IMG/VR virus record: IMGVR_UViG_3300043430_000167
From: an uncultured virus (IMG/VR IMGVR_UViG_3300043430_000167)
Taxonomy: Duplodnaviria > Heunggongvirae > Uroviricota > Caudoviricetes
DNA: 20,000 nucleotides
Reading direction: 5' to 3' (one strand)
Part shown: piece by piece, positions 7,662 to 16,297 of the stretch
Layout: every line of letters begins with the position of its first letter
Position numbering within the stretch: position 1 is the stretch's first letter
Notes under the pieces: generated by a model
The model's input: the letters and a program-made list of their open reading frames with translations, nothing else
The model's database searches: none
Told to the model about the DNA's origin: nothing
Program-made: the position numbers and the translations under genes

Positions 7662-7944
7662 CCAAAGTTCCGAAATTTGGGCTAAATTTCGGAACTTTGG
7701 GTGATTTTACTGTCAGTTTCAAGTTGACAAAGTGTCAGGTGCAATCTGACAGTAAAACTGGTCAAAAACAGGTCAAATTTCGGAACTTTAGAACTTTTTG
7801 GAACCTCTGAGAGCCTTGCTGCGTAAGGCTGGTACCGAAGTTCCAAAAAGTTCCGAAATTTATAAGTTAATGTGTGAAGAAAAATAAAAGGACTTTCTGT
7901 TTTTACTATACTAATGCGGACAAAGATCGGAACATTTCGGAACC
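7662..7944. repeat. AT-rich inverted/direct repeat cluster, candidate replication origin
   Basis: Perfect 17-bp IR CCAAAGTTCCGAAATTT 7662-7678/7684-7700; 12-bp IR 7705-7716/7746-7757; AAATTTCGGAACTTT 7775-7789 vs 7847-7861; further TCGGAAC copies at 7927-7943. Confidence 0.7.
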
Positions 7945-7947
7945 GGC

Positions 7948-8193
7948 CTATTTTCGCACTGTAGCCTGTCGTCCCATGAATATGCCAGCCAGAAGTGCTG
8001 CGACTGTCGCTGAAAAGCCACCTGTCATGGTTCCACCATGTAGCGAAAAAACGAGAATAAAGATTCCAACTTCTATGCAGAATGAGAATAGCTTCAAGCG
8101 ACGCAGTTTCCACCACATGGAGTAGATGCCGAAGAAGATCACCACGCCGTAGATGAGGGGCATGATGTCGATGTGAGCGAGGAATGCGTTCAT
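7948..8193 (-). CDS. Small multi-pass membrane protein (81 aa)
   Basis: Two to three hydrophobic segments; GGA SD upstream. Confidence 0.75.
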   Translation of the reverse strand: MNAFLAHIDIMPLIYGVVIFFGIYSMWWKLRRLKLFSFCIEVGIFILVFSLHGGTMTGGFSATVAALLAGIFMGRQATVRK

Positions 8194-8224
8194 GATGTCC
8201 GTCCCATGTTCGGTTGATCAATGC

Positions 8225-8256
8225 AAAAACTCACCACCATTAACTTGGTGGTGAGT
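8225..8256 (-). terminator. Rho-independent terminator
   Basis: 11-bp perfect stem ACTCACCACCA/TGGTGGTGAGT followed on the minus strand by a U-run, just downstream of the 8265 stop. Confidence 0.75.
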
Positions 8257-8264
8257 GGTCACAA

Positions 8265-9236
8265 CTAGCTGAGTGCAACCTCGCCAGTCTTGACGCGGAT
8301 GCGCTTGGTGGGCACTTTGATTCCCAGTGACTTCGCCAAGAGCTTGTCATTGGGAGACAGCGTGTCGCCAGAGGCAATGGCTGCTTCGATACGAACGCGG
8401 TGGGCTTTCTCTTCCTGATGAAGTTTGAACTCTTCATCATTCTGCTGGTTGATCTCTTCGTCGACCTTAGCCGGCAAGCGACCTTCGGCGTTCTTCAGAG
8501 CCAGCTCGACTTCCTTCATCGCTGCGTTGATCAGCGGGATGTCGGAGAGCGAGGCACCGCGGCTGCGACGCATGACTGCGAGCAGGGCGTTGTCACGCGC
8601 CTTGTTGAGCGAGTCGCTCAGCTTGCTGACCACGCTGACCTGCGTGTCGTGCGAGAGCCGGTCGAACATGTCGGTATCCTCGTCGTAGAGGAAGCCAATG
8701 TCGCCAGGGCGAGGCAGGGACTGGATCACTTGCATGATGTCGTGACGCTTGGCAGCGAGTGCGGCGCGTTGTTGCGCTTGGTCGATGCTGTTGAGGCGAG
8801 CCAGATCCTCGGCGGTGATACCGCAGTCGAGCGCCGCGGCCAGCCCTTCGAGCATTTCCTTGGGCATGGCACGTGCCTCGCCCGAGATCATGAACTTCAT
8901 GGTGTCGTTGAAGGGCAGGACTTCGTTGTCGTTGACTTCCAGCGCGAGCATCTCGCGGTAGTCGTCACGCAGTGCGCTGAGCCAGAGCAGGTCGTGCCAC
9001 GTGTTGTGGCCGGTGCCCAGCTCAGCACGGAGCATGGCGTCCTCTGCGGTCTTGGCAAAGCCGTTGACCACTTCGGTGCTCACGTCGCTGTCGTTACGCT
9101 CGATAGCTTGAACGATGCGCGAGCAGGCGCCGATGATACGAGCGTTGAGGGAACCAACGATGCCATAGAGAACAGTGCGCTTGGCTTGTTCAGGCAGGTT
9201 GTTGGCAAGGTTCTTGATGTCGATATGTACAGTCAT
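8265..9236 (-). CDS. Hypothetical early protein (323 aa, predicted largely helical)
   Basis: AAGGAG SD; strongly GC3-biased codon usage; no recognised motif. Confidence 0.85.
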   Translation of the reverse strand: MTVHIDIKNLANNLPEQAKRTVLYGIVGSLNARIIGACSRIVQAIERNDSDVSTEVVNGFAKTAEDAMLRAELGTGHNTWHDLLWLSALRDDYREMLALEVNDNEVLPFNDTMKFMISGEARAMPKEMLEGLAAALDCGITAEDLARLNSIDQAQQRAALAAKRHDIMQVIQSLPRPGDIGFLYDEDTDMFDRLSHDTQVSVVSKLSDSLNKARDNALLAVMRRSRGASLSDIPLINAAMKEVELALKNAEGRLPAKVDEEINQQNDEEFKLHQEEKAHRVRIEAAIASGDTLSPNDKLLAKSLGIKVPTKRIRVKTGEVALS

Positions 9237-9379
9237 GATGAAGCTCCTTGAGATTGCTTTACGTAGTAATGAGGTTATGTGCTGGTTACAGCGTCCAGCG
9301 CCGTTGGGCTGTGATGCACGGCTGTTGGGTAGAGGTGAGCAGGTGATCCTACGGCCACGTCATGACCGATCTCCTGTGA

Positions 9380-9550
9380 CTACTTGAGTAGCGCGACAAG
9401 CTGTGCCATCAGCTCGGGTTGCTTCTCGACGAGAGCAGTGAATTCTTCCGGCGTGTACTCGACTTCCACATCAATTGGACCAACGTTGACGTCAACGCCT
9501 TCGCTGGCCTTCTTCGCAGTGAAGCCTTGCATGGTGAACTTGAGGTGCAT
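9380..9550 (-). CDS. Hypothetical protein (56 aa)
   Basis: AAGGAG SD; MHLKFTMQGFTAKKASEGVDVNVGPIDVEVEYTPEEFTALVEKQPELMAQLVALLK; below the ORF-track length cutoff. Confidence 0.8.
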   Translation of the reverse strand: MHLKFTMQGFTAKKASEGVDVNVGPIDVEVEYTPEEFTALVEKQPELMAQLVALLK

Positions 9551-9561
9551 GGTGTTTCTCC

Positions 9562-9753
9562 TTAGTGGAACGTGACGCGTTTGCGAGCAGTGCGCTCTTT
9601 GAGCAGCTCCGCCAGCGCGGTGAAGAACGCTTCGTCAGCGTCCTCTTCACGCGCCAGCAGGATGTGCAACGGATCAAGCGTTTCATCCGCTGGATCAAGG
9701 ACGAACTGGGCAGCCTCGCCCAACTCGTCTTCAGTCATGAAGATCTTGGCCAT
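9562..9753 (-). CDS. Small acidic hypothetical protein (63 aa)
   Basis: ORF track; tight packing with neighbours; biased codons. Confidence 0.75.
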   Translation of the reverse strand: MAKIFMTEDELGEAAQFVLDPADETLDPLHILLAREEDADEAFFTALAELLKERTARKRVTFH

Positions 9754-9755
9754 GA

Positions 9756-9962
9756 CTAGCGACGTGCGCCGCGTGCCTTGGGTGCAGGCATTTGGTCGTC
9801 AGGGATGTAGACGTTGCCGCGCAGTCCCTGCCAGAAGCCGCGACCGGATGCCTGAGTAGCCTTGATGCTGCTGTGGATCATGAGGCCGGCAACGTTTGCT
9901 ACTTGCTCAGCATCCAAAGGACGGGATTCTTCGGTCTTCGCTACTTGATTGAGGTAAGCCAT
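9756..9962 (-). CDS. Hypothetical protein (68 aa), first gene of the leftward arm
   Basis: GGAG SD; ORF track. Confidence 0.75.
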   Translation of the reverse strand: MAYLNQVAKTEESRPLDAEQVANVAGLMIHSSIKATQASGRGFWQGLRGNVYIPDDQMPAPKARGARR

Positions 9963-10012
9963 GATGTGTATCTCCAGATGATTGAGAAGGAACTACACAA
10001 CAAGAGATCAAG

Positions 10013-10037
10013 GGATTCGGGTGCTTTTCCCGAATCC
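10013..10037. other. Hairpin in the divergent intergenic region
   Basis: GGATTCGGG-tgctttt-CCCGAATCC, 9-bp perfect stem; a second CACCCC/GGGGTG stem follows at ~10058-10080. Confidence 0.6.
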
Positions 10038-10168
10038 AAAAACGAAATCCGAACCCACCACCCCGTTTTTAGAAGGGGTGGGAGGGATGTACCGCGAATA
10101 AATTAGAGCTATATATTTGGAATTCACTCTGATAGAATCGAAATACGAAATACAGAGAGTGTAAGAGA

Positions 10169-10741
10169 ATGAAGAAATGCACGCGGTGCGGGGTTGAAAA
10201 GACGAGTGATTGCTTCAGTGTGAGGCGGGCGTCAAAGGACGGGCTTAACGCCGCGTGCAAAGACTGCCGATGCGCAACGGATAAAGCTAAGTACGCTGAA
10301 GACGTTTCATTCAGAGACAAAGCTAAGCAGCGCTCTCGGGACAGGGCAAAGACTGATGAAGGTAAAGAGTCGTCAAAAAGGTGGTACGCAACTCATTCCT
10401 CTTCGCACAAGAAGCGCGTGTATTTGGCGCAAAGAACGCGTAAAGACAATGACCCTGCATGGAGAAACGCTGACAACGTATGGCGCGCCATGCGGGCAGT
10501 GGGTCGTGTACCTGGGTGGGCAAATAAGTCCGACACAATGCCTTTCTATGATCTGGTGGCGATCTTAGGGCCGGGTTGGGTGGTTGATCACATTGTCCCC
10601 ATTAACGGTGAAACAGTTTGTGGGTTACATGTTCGTCAAAACCTGCAGGTGGTGAGCGCTCATACCAATTCCACAAAAGGGAACCGCTTCAACGGTGAGC
10701 TTGAAATCATGGGTGTTACTGAACCGAAAGTGCGTAGGTGA
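10169..10741 (+). CDS. HNH endonuclease with N-terminal zinc finger
   Basis: CTRC...CKDC; VDHIVPINGETVCGLHVRQNLQVVSAHTNSTKGN HNH motif; lies upstream of terS. Confidence 0.9.
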   Translation: MKKCTRCGVEKTSDCFSVRRASKDGLNAACKDCRCATDKAKYAEDVSFRDKAKQRSRDRAKTDEGKESSKRWYATHSSSHKKRVYLAQRTRKDNDPAWRNADNVWRAMRAVGRVPGWANKSDTMPFYDLVAILGPGWVVDHIVPINGETVCGLHVRQNLQVVSAHTNSTKGNRFNGELEIMGVTEPKVRR

Positions 10742-10899
10742 GCACCGCAAACAACTTCATCCCAAATTTCTCAGAACTTCGTACCTAGAATATGACATTT
10801 AGAACTTAGCTTCAAAGAGGATATTTCCCTCTTTGATTCCAATCCCAACCTACCCCGTACCTCGTCCAAAGTCAGGCCTCTCAAAATTTTTCTAAAAAA

Positions 10900-10928
10900 T
10901 TGACGGTGAACTCGGCTTGCGCTAGTCT
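10900..10928 (+). promoter_or_regulatory. Putative sigma70 promoter for the packaging genes
   Basis: TTGACG-N17-TAGTCT preceded by an A/T tract (UP-element like). Confidence 0.55.
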
Positions 10929-10957
10929 CTGACGAACTCCGACACACTCTGACAGAG

Positions 10958-11422
10958 ATGGCCAAGCGCAAGAACTCCGTACTCACCGAGAAGCAGGAAG
11001 CCTTCAAAGAGGCAGTGCTCGACGGTATGACCCCTGCCCAGGCGGCAGAGGCTGCTGGGTACTCACATCCAAGTACCGCCGGCCAAGTGCTCATGGCTCC
11101 AGATGTGAAGCGGGCGCTGGCCGAGGCACGCAACGAGTTGTCCAGCGCTGCACAGATCACCCGAGGCGACATGCTGTCAGTGATGATGGATGCCATCGAC
11201 ATGGCCAGGCTCCTGGCTGATCCGCAGTCGATGATCAAAGGTGCTTCCGAGGTCTCGAAGATGCTCGGTTTCTATGCTCCAGAGGTGAAGAAGGTCGAAT
11301 TGAGCATGAGCCAGGCCCGTGTGCGCTCGAAGCTGATCTCCATGACCGACGAAGAGCTTCTGCTCATGGCTTCAGGCCAAGAACCCCTCACGATTGACAT
11401 GGAGCCTCCCGTTGAGCACTGA
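10958..11422 (+). CDS. terS: Terminase small subunit
   Basis: LTEKQEAF...TPAQAAEAAGYS HTH typical of TerS; directly precedes terL. Confidence 0.88.
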   Translation: MAKRKNSVLTEKQEAFKEAVLDGMTPAQAAEAAGYSHPSTAGQVLMAPDVKRALAEARNELSSAAQITRGDMLSVMMDAIDMARLLADPQSMIKGASEVSKMLGFYAPEVKKVELSMSQARVRSKLISMTDEELLLMASGQEPLTIDMEPPVEH

Positions 11423-13229
11423 ATTCCGCGAGTGCTCGGTGTGCCACACCCAGCGAGACCGCGCCACGCTGGTCTACGGGGTCTGTCCTTTTTGCACAGA
11501 TGCAACAGCTGTTGTAGAAGAGCCACTCAAAAAGACCCGTCAGAAGCGGTCTACCTCTGTAAAACTGGCAGAAACACCCACGCCAAGCCCCTCAGAACCG
11601 CTTCCAGGCGCTCAAACGGCTCCGGACGCCCCATACACGCCCCCGGCCTTCGATAACGCGGCAGCGGCGGCAAATCCACAGGCGGAATTGGCTGCCCGTG
11701 AGCTGGCCAGGCGCCGGTTGATGCACTTCATCAAGCGGTTCCGGCCCAAGTATCTGGCCGGCTGGGTCCACGAGGACATTTGTCGTCGGCTGGAGAGGTT
11801 TCTTCGTGCTGTTGAGGCTGGAAAAAGCCCCCGCTTGTTGATCCTATGCCCTCCACGCCTGGGTAAATCGGAAATAGGATCAAGACACTTCGTACCTTGG
11901 GCGCTGGGTCAGCATCCTGATTGGGAGATCATCGCTGCCAGCCACACCGCCAGCCTAACCCTCTCATTCAGTCGGTATATTCGGGATCTTCTGCGCGATC
12001 CTGCATATCACGCACTGTTCCCGGACTGCAAGTTGGACCCGTCTAGCCAGAGCACTGAGAACTGGAACTTGACCATGGGTGGCGGGTATTTGGCCGCTGG
12101 CGTGGGCTCAGGGATTACTGGAAGGGGCTGTCATATCCTTTGTGTGGACGACGTGGTAAAAGACATGGAGTCGGCAGACTCCCAGACGATACGCGACAAC
12201 ATCTGGGAGTGGTACTGCTCGACGGCATACACCCGCCTCGCCCCAGGCGGTGGAGTGCTGGGGATTTTGACCCACTGGCATGAGGAAGACTGGGCCGGAA
12301 AGATCATGCAAGCGATGGATACGGGCGACGGCGATACGTTTGAAATCGTGCGTTACCCAGCCATCAACGACCACGGCGACGAGTATCTCCTGCCTGACGA
12401 CAGGATTTTGCAGATAGCTCCACCTGATGTTGTGCCAGAGGGCGCGCGGTTGACCCGCGCACATGGCACGGCGCTACATCCAGCGCGCTATGACACCGAG
12501 GCGGTCACGCGAATCAAGCGGAATCTGTACGCCAGCGGCCAGCAGCGGGTGTGGTCAGCCCTATACCAGCAGAGCCCCGCTCCAGACGAAGGGTTGTTCT
12601 TCACGAAGGACATGTTCCGCTATTACGGCTCGCCGCCCCCGCGCCAGGATCTCTACATCTATCAGGCATGGGACTTCGCAATCAGCACTGGCAAGGAGAG
12701 CGACTACACCGTGGGCGTGACCTTGGGCCAGGACCACCGCGACAATCTGTACGTGCTCGACGTGCGGCGGTTCCGCTCGGACAACTCTCTCATCATCGTG
12801 GACCAACTCGTTGAGTACGCCCGCGAGCACGACGCCACCTTGGTGGGGTTTGAGGACGGTCAGATATGGAAGACGCTTGAAGCTCAGTACTTGAAGCGCT
12901 GCGACGAACTGCGTTACTACCCCAGCTACGAGGTATTAAAACCGCTGACAGACAAGATGGTCCGGGCCAGCCCCCTGCGAGGGCGCATGCAGCTAGGCAA
13001 GGTGTACTTCGACGAAAAAGCACCTTGGTTCCGGGACTTGTTCTTTGAGTTCACGCGTTTCCCGGCAGGCAAGCACGACGACATCATAGATTCCATGGCC
13101 TGGGCCGTGCGCCTCACGCTCACGCGCGCCGCGCCAAGGCAGAAGGACACACAACCCAAGACGAAGAGCTGGAAGGACAAGCTCAACCAGTACACCGGCG
13201 AGGCCGGTGGCTCCCACATGTCAGCGTAA
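11394..13229 (+). CDS. terL: Terminase large subunit (start may be TTG 11412)
   Basis: Walker A PPRLGKS, GVGSGITGRG, Walker B LCVDDVVKD, motif III THW, RNase H-like AWDFA and KHDDIIDSMAW. GGAG precedes TTG 11412. Confidence 0.95.
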   Translation: MTWSLPLSTEFRECSVCHTQRDRATLVYGVCPFCTDATAVVEEPLKKTRQKRSTSVKLAETPTPSPSEPLPGAQTAPDAPYTPPAFDNAAAAANPQAELAARELARRRLMHFIKRFRPKYLAGWVHEDICRRLERFLRAVEAGKSPRLLILCPPRLGKSEIGSRHFVPWALGQHPDWEIIAASHTASLTLSFSRYIRDLLRDPAYHALFPDCKLDPSSQSTENWNLTMGGGYLAAGVGSGITGRGCHILCVDDVVKDMESADSQTIRDNIWEWYCSTAYTRLAPGGGVLGILTHWHEEDWAGKIMQAMDTGDGDTFEIVRYPAINDHGDEYLLPDDRILQIAPPDVVPEGARLTRAHGTALHPARYDTEAVTRIKRNLYASGQQRVWSALYQQSPAPDEGLFFTKDMFRYYGSPPPRQDLYIYQAWDFAISTGKESDYTVGVTLGQDHRDNLYVLDVRRFRSDNSLIIVDQLVEYAREHDATLVGFEDGQIWKTLEAQYLKRCDELRYYPSYEVLKPLTDKMVRASPLRGRMQLGKVYFDEKAPWFRDLFFEFTRFPAGKHDDIIDSMAWAVRLTLTRAAPRQKDTQPKTKSWKDKLNQYTGEAGGSHMSA

Positions 13230-13239
13230 GGACAGGATC

Positions 13240-13434
13240 ATGTACCAGATGCCTCTGCAGTTGGACAACACCTACGGGGTCTCAAGAGAGACGCTGAACC
13301 TGGTCAAGCGGTACTCGTCGAGGGCGTTTACGCGTGACGAGCTGCTCATGGTGTGGTTCGAGGATGAGCATGCGGAGTTCGAGACGGTGTGCGGCAAGCG
13401 CACCTCTGTGCGCTACGAGGACATGCAGCCATGA
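13240..13434 (+). CDS. Hypothetical protein (64 aa)
   Basis: AGGA SD before ATG 13240 (MYQMPLQLDN...); ATGA overlap with the next gene. Confidence 0.7.
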   Translation: MYQMPLQLDNTYGVSRETLNLVKRYSSRAFTRDELLMVWFEDEHAEFETVCGKRTSVRYEDMQP

Positions 13435-13622
13435 GGCTACTCCCCCACATCCGCAAGCAGGGCTCGCGCTGGCTCTGCACGACGTGCTGGCTCCCGGAGT
13501 ACGAGGGAGCGGGGCCCACGCCGCGCGAGGCGTACGAGAGCTGGAAGCAGGTGCACTTCGCCACACCCCCGTCGGTCGTGGTGAACGCGCTGTGGGCGTA
13601 CAGAGAGCGGAGCACAGCATGA
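13431..13622 (+). CDS. Hypothetical protein (63 aa)
   Basis: MRLLPHIRKQGSRWLCTTCW...; ATGA overlaps at both ends. Confidence 0.7.
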   Translation: MRLLPHIRKQGSRWLCTTCWLPEYEGAGPTPREAYESWKQVHFATPPSVVVNALWAYRERSTA

Positions 13623-16219
13623 CCCTTCCGCGCTTGATACTCCCGGATAGCGAGCAGGAGACCGTCGCAGCAGGTGTGCTCGGCGTAGGCCTCTGGCGCA
13701 GGCTCGTGGCCACATTGAAGCTCCTTGGCGGCGGCTCGCGCAAGCAGGTCATCGAGCACGACGGCTACGAGGTCATGGTAGAGGCCACGCACCAGCACGG
13801 CCAGGACTCAGGGCGGGTGAGGGTGGAGGGTGGCGGGTATGCTTCGTTCATACACTTGCCGGACGTAACGCCTTACAAGAAATTGATGATCGAGCGCAGC
13901 ATGCGGCCAACAAGCGGAAACGTAGCGGGTTTCTTTTCAACAGGCACATACCCGAACCATCAGTATTACGACCTTGTGACTCGTCTGGTTGTAGGGACTA
14001 CGGGCGAGGTTTTGGCTGAGGTCGTCACGCGAATGGATCAAACTATAGACGGCCGCTTGTACGACGTATTTTGCTTCATGTATGAAGACTGGTATTTCGA
14101 CGATTTCTACCTTGAGGGTTTCGGCTTGGTGTTTCAGAACATCAAGTCTCTTGCTTCAGCAGGGCCAGAGAACAGCTATAGGCGAGCTGATCTAAACTTG
14201 ATTCCCGGTTCATTTAGATATGCCAATTGGACGTATGCGTACCCTAGCGACCCTGCTTATAGCAGCAGTGATACTGAGTGGAACGGCGGCACGACAAAGA
14301 TAGCCGTCCCTCTGCGCGAGGACGTGTTTTACAATTTCAATTACGCAGTCTTGTTTCGGAATTCGCTAAGCGAGTTGTACGCCAATGATTGGATGGGTGA
14401 CGCGGGCTATCATCTTTGGCCGGAGGATATGAGCGAGCAGCGCGGCGAAAATTTTCACGAAGTTACGCTGTTATATGAGCGCGCGGCATCCAGTTATTAT
14501 GGTTATGCCGGTAATTTGGCCACAACCAGTGTGGTTGGGCGAGTGGAGTGGGAGTCCTCCGTAGCAGACGAAAAGGTTTACGGAAAAGGTCTCACGTTAG
14601 ATCAAGTCACTTATAGCGACTTTCCCACTCGTACTACGTTCAATAAACAGAAGGGGTTACCGTGCGCGTCACCACTTATAAAGTTGCTCAACGGCAAGGC
14701 GACGGTTTTGAGAAAAACGGAGGACGCGGTTGGGGAAGGGGTGGTAATCAAGTCGAACGTGTCGTGGCGAACGCCGTTTGAACACAGCGCATTTGACGAA
14801 ATGGCAGGGGCGACTTCCCCTGTCGGGAATGCGAATTTGGCTGCGGGCGACTTGGTAGATGTACGAACCTCAATTGGACCGGTGCGTGATCTAAGAAGAA
14901 AGCAGGGCGTAACGGCGACTAAAGTTGTGCTGGACCAGCTACGAGACGGGTCGGCGCCAGCTAAGTGGTTAGACACTTGCAGGGAATACTTGTATGACAA
15001 CTATGTAGATAGGGCGAAGTACGAATTGGCGCAAGGATCGACTGAGTGGGACTATTCGGTTGCAGTAGCTGAATACGGCCCGAGGTATTCGACGCCAGTA
15101 TCCAGTGTCCCAGCGTACGAGTGGATTAAGTTTGAAGCAGTGAGCACTTTGACGTTAAAAAGTAAAATGTCAGAAAAAGCGTTTGCTGCATTGGTTGTAC
15201 CTGATGGGGTGAGCCCGAGCTGGGGCAGCGGCGAAGCGAAGCTTGTTTGTGAGGTCAGGGGCACCTTGATTGTTTCCGGTGGGAATCCTGTTACCGGAAG
15301 CGCTCCCCGCCTGATGTTTGATGATTTTCCCACCCCACCTGCTGGTTCATCAGAAGACGTGTATTTTTTTGAGTCACATGACGTATCCGCGGCATCTTGG
15401 GCCAAGCGTAAGCGCGGGTGGTGGTCCACCTCATTCATGCAGGACGAAAGCTCTATCTGCCCGCCAGGGCGAGTGAGCGGCGAGTACGTGTACGGTAGGT
15501 TTGACCACTTGGCGTCATCCAAGGTTCTATCCAGCGACCTGATTTATCAACTATTCCGTAAGTTTGATATCTCAGGCGACTGGTGGTACTCGTATTCGTT
15601 ATCTAGCCGAGATAGTTATATAAACACAAGTTCTTCGGCTTATATCTCTTCTTTGTCTTTCAAGCCGGCGAGTATCGTGGAGCTTCTACCTCAAGTTACA
15701 CATCCGGTGAAACGGTTAGGGCCAGTTGAGCCCTTAACGGACTCGGCGGTTGCGTTTTGTATCCCAGACGGCTTAAGGATTACTTTAGAGTTGTTCGGCA
15801 CAAAAAACGGGGGATTGTATGGAGACCCCTCTCAGGAAGAAGATCTGGTGGTTTACGGCACTCTGCATTTGAAATGGAGCGCAAAGGACCATAGGTGTAT
15901 TTTTGAGCGGTGGCAAGGGTTGTTAAAAGCAGACGGGTCTCCCGTCGAAGAATTTGGCGTTCCTTATGACAACCAGCACGCCCGAATGGGTAAAAATAAG
16001 ATAAACCCTGTAACTAGCACTTCTTTCCGATACCGGTATTACTTATTCCAAGGGGATGTGCTGTACCCGTTTGACGGCGGGGAGCTGAAGAACGCTATTA
16101 TCAGGTTCGCTTGTGCGACAGGGTCTGAAGATAACGTTGAGGGCGAAAAAGGGCTGTTTAAGTCGTTCGGTCTTTACGCGGATGTCCAGCGGGCTTTCCA
16201 AGCGTGCGCTAAGAGTTAG
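13619..16219 (+). CDS. Large hypothetical protein (866 aa), possibly virion-associated
   Basis: Start reassigned to ATG 13619 (GGAG SD, ATGA overlap); aromatic/Ser/Gly-rich, beta-rich looking; located between terL and portal. Confidence 0.8.
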   Translation: MTLPRLILPDSEQETVAAGVLGVGLWRRLVATLKLLGGGSRKQVIEHDGYEVMVEATHQHGQDSGRVRVEGGGYASFIHLPDVTPYKKLMIERSMRPTSGNVAGFFSTGTYPNHQYYDLVTRLVVGTTGEVLAEVVTRMDQTIDGRLYDVFCFMYEDWYFDDFYLEGFGLVFQNIKSLASAGPENSYRRADLNLIPGSFRYANWTYAYPSDPAYSSSDTEWNGGTTKIAVPLREDVFYNFNYAVLFRNSLSELYANDWMGDAGYHLWPEDMSEQRGENFHEVTLLYERAASSYYGYAGNLATTSVVGRVEWESSVADEKVYGKGLTLDQVTYSDFPTRTTFNKQKGLPCASPLIKLLNGKATVLRKTEDAVGEGVVIKSNVSWRTPFEHSAFDEMAGATSPVGNANLAAGDLVDVRTSIGPVRDLRRKQGVTATKVVLDQLRDGSAPAKWLDTCREYLYDNYVDRAKYELAQGSTEWDYSVAVAEYGPRYSTPVSSVPAYEWIKFEAVSTLTLKSKMSEKAFAALVVPDGVSPSWGSGEAKLVCEVRGTLIVSGGNPVTGSAPRLMFDDFPTPPAGSSEDVYFFESHDVSAASWAKRKRGWWSTSFMQDESSICPPGRVSGEYVYGRFDHLASSKVLSSDLIYQLFRKFDISGDWWYSYSLSSRDSYINTSSSAYISSLSFKPASIVELLPQVTHPVKRLGPVEPLTDSAVAFCIPDGLRITLELFGTKNGGLYGDPSQEEDLVVYGTLHLKWSAKDHRCIFERWQGLLKADGSPVEEFGVPYDNQHARMGKNKINPVTSTSFRYRYYLFQGDVLYPFDGGELKNAIIRFACATGSEDNVEGEKGLFKSFGLYADVQRAFQACAKS

Positions 16220-16241
16220 TGGAGGCTAAACCACCTGCTTC

Positions 16242-16295
16242 TTGACAAGCCGTAAACCTCTCTGTCAGACTCTGACGGACTCTGACAGAGAGGTT
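16242..16295 (+). promoter_or_regulatory. Putative promoter plus 15-bp inverted repeat (operator-like)
   Basis: TTGACA-N17-TCAGACT; AACCTCTCTGTCAGA 16255-16269 / TCTGACAGAGAGGTT 16281-16295. Confidence 0.6.
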
Positions 16296-16297
16296 CT

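Noticed and set aside
7948..8193. Holin assignment
   Set aside because: Lies in the early/replication arm with no endolysin nearby; left as an unassigned membrane protein.
7682..8221. 179-aa minus-strand ORF
   Set aside because: Overlaps the better-supported 7948-8193 gene and runs through the repeat-rich candidate origin.
8400..9251. Long antisense ORFs (also 1287-2000, 18443-19294, 19291-19950)
   Set aside because: Shadow frames of GC3-biased genes on the opposite strand.
11394..13229. Intein in TerL
   Set aside because: Walker A, Walker B and the nuclease motifs are contiguous with no Hint blocks.
13334..13618. N-terminal extension of the 961-aa ORF
   Set aside because: Overlaps two small coupled genes; ATG 13619 has an SD and an ATGA overlap.
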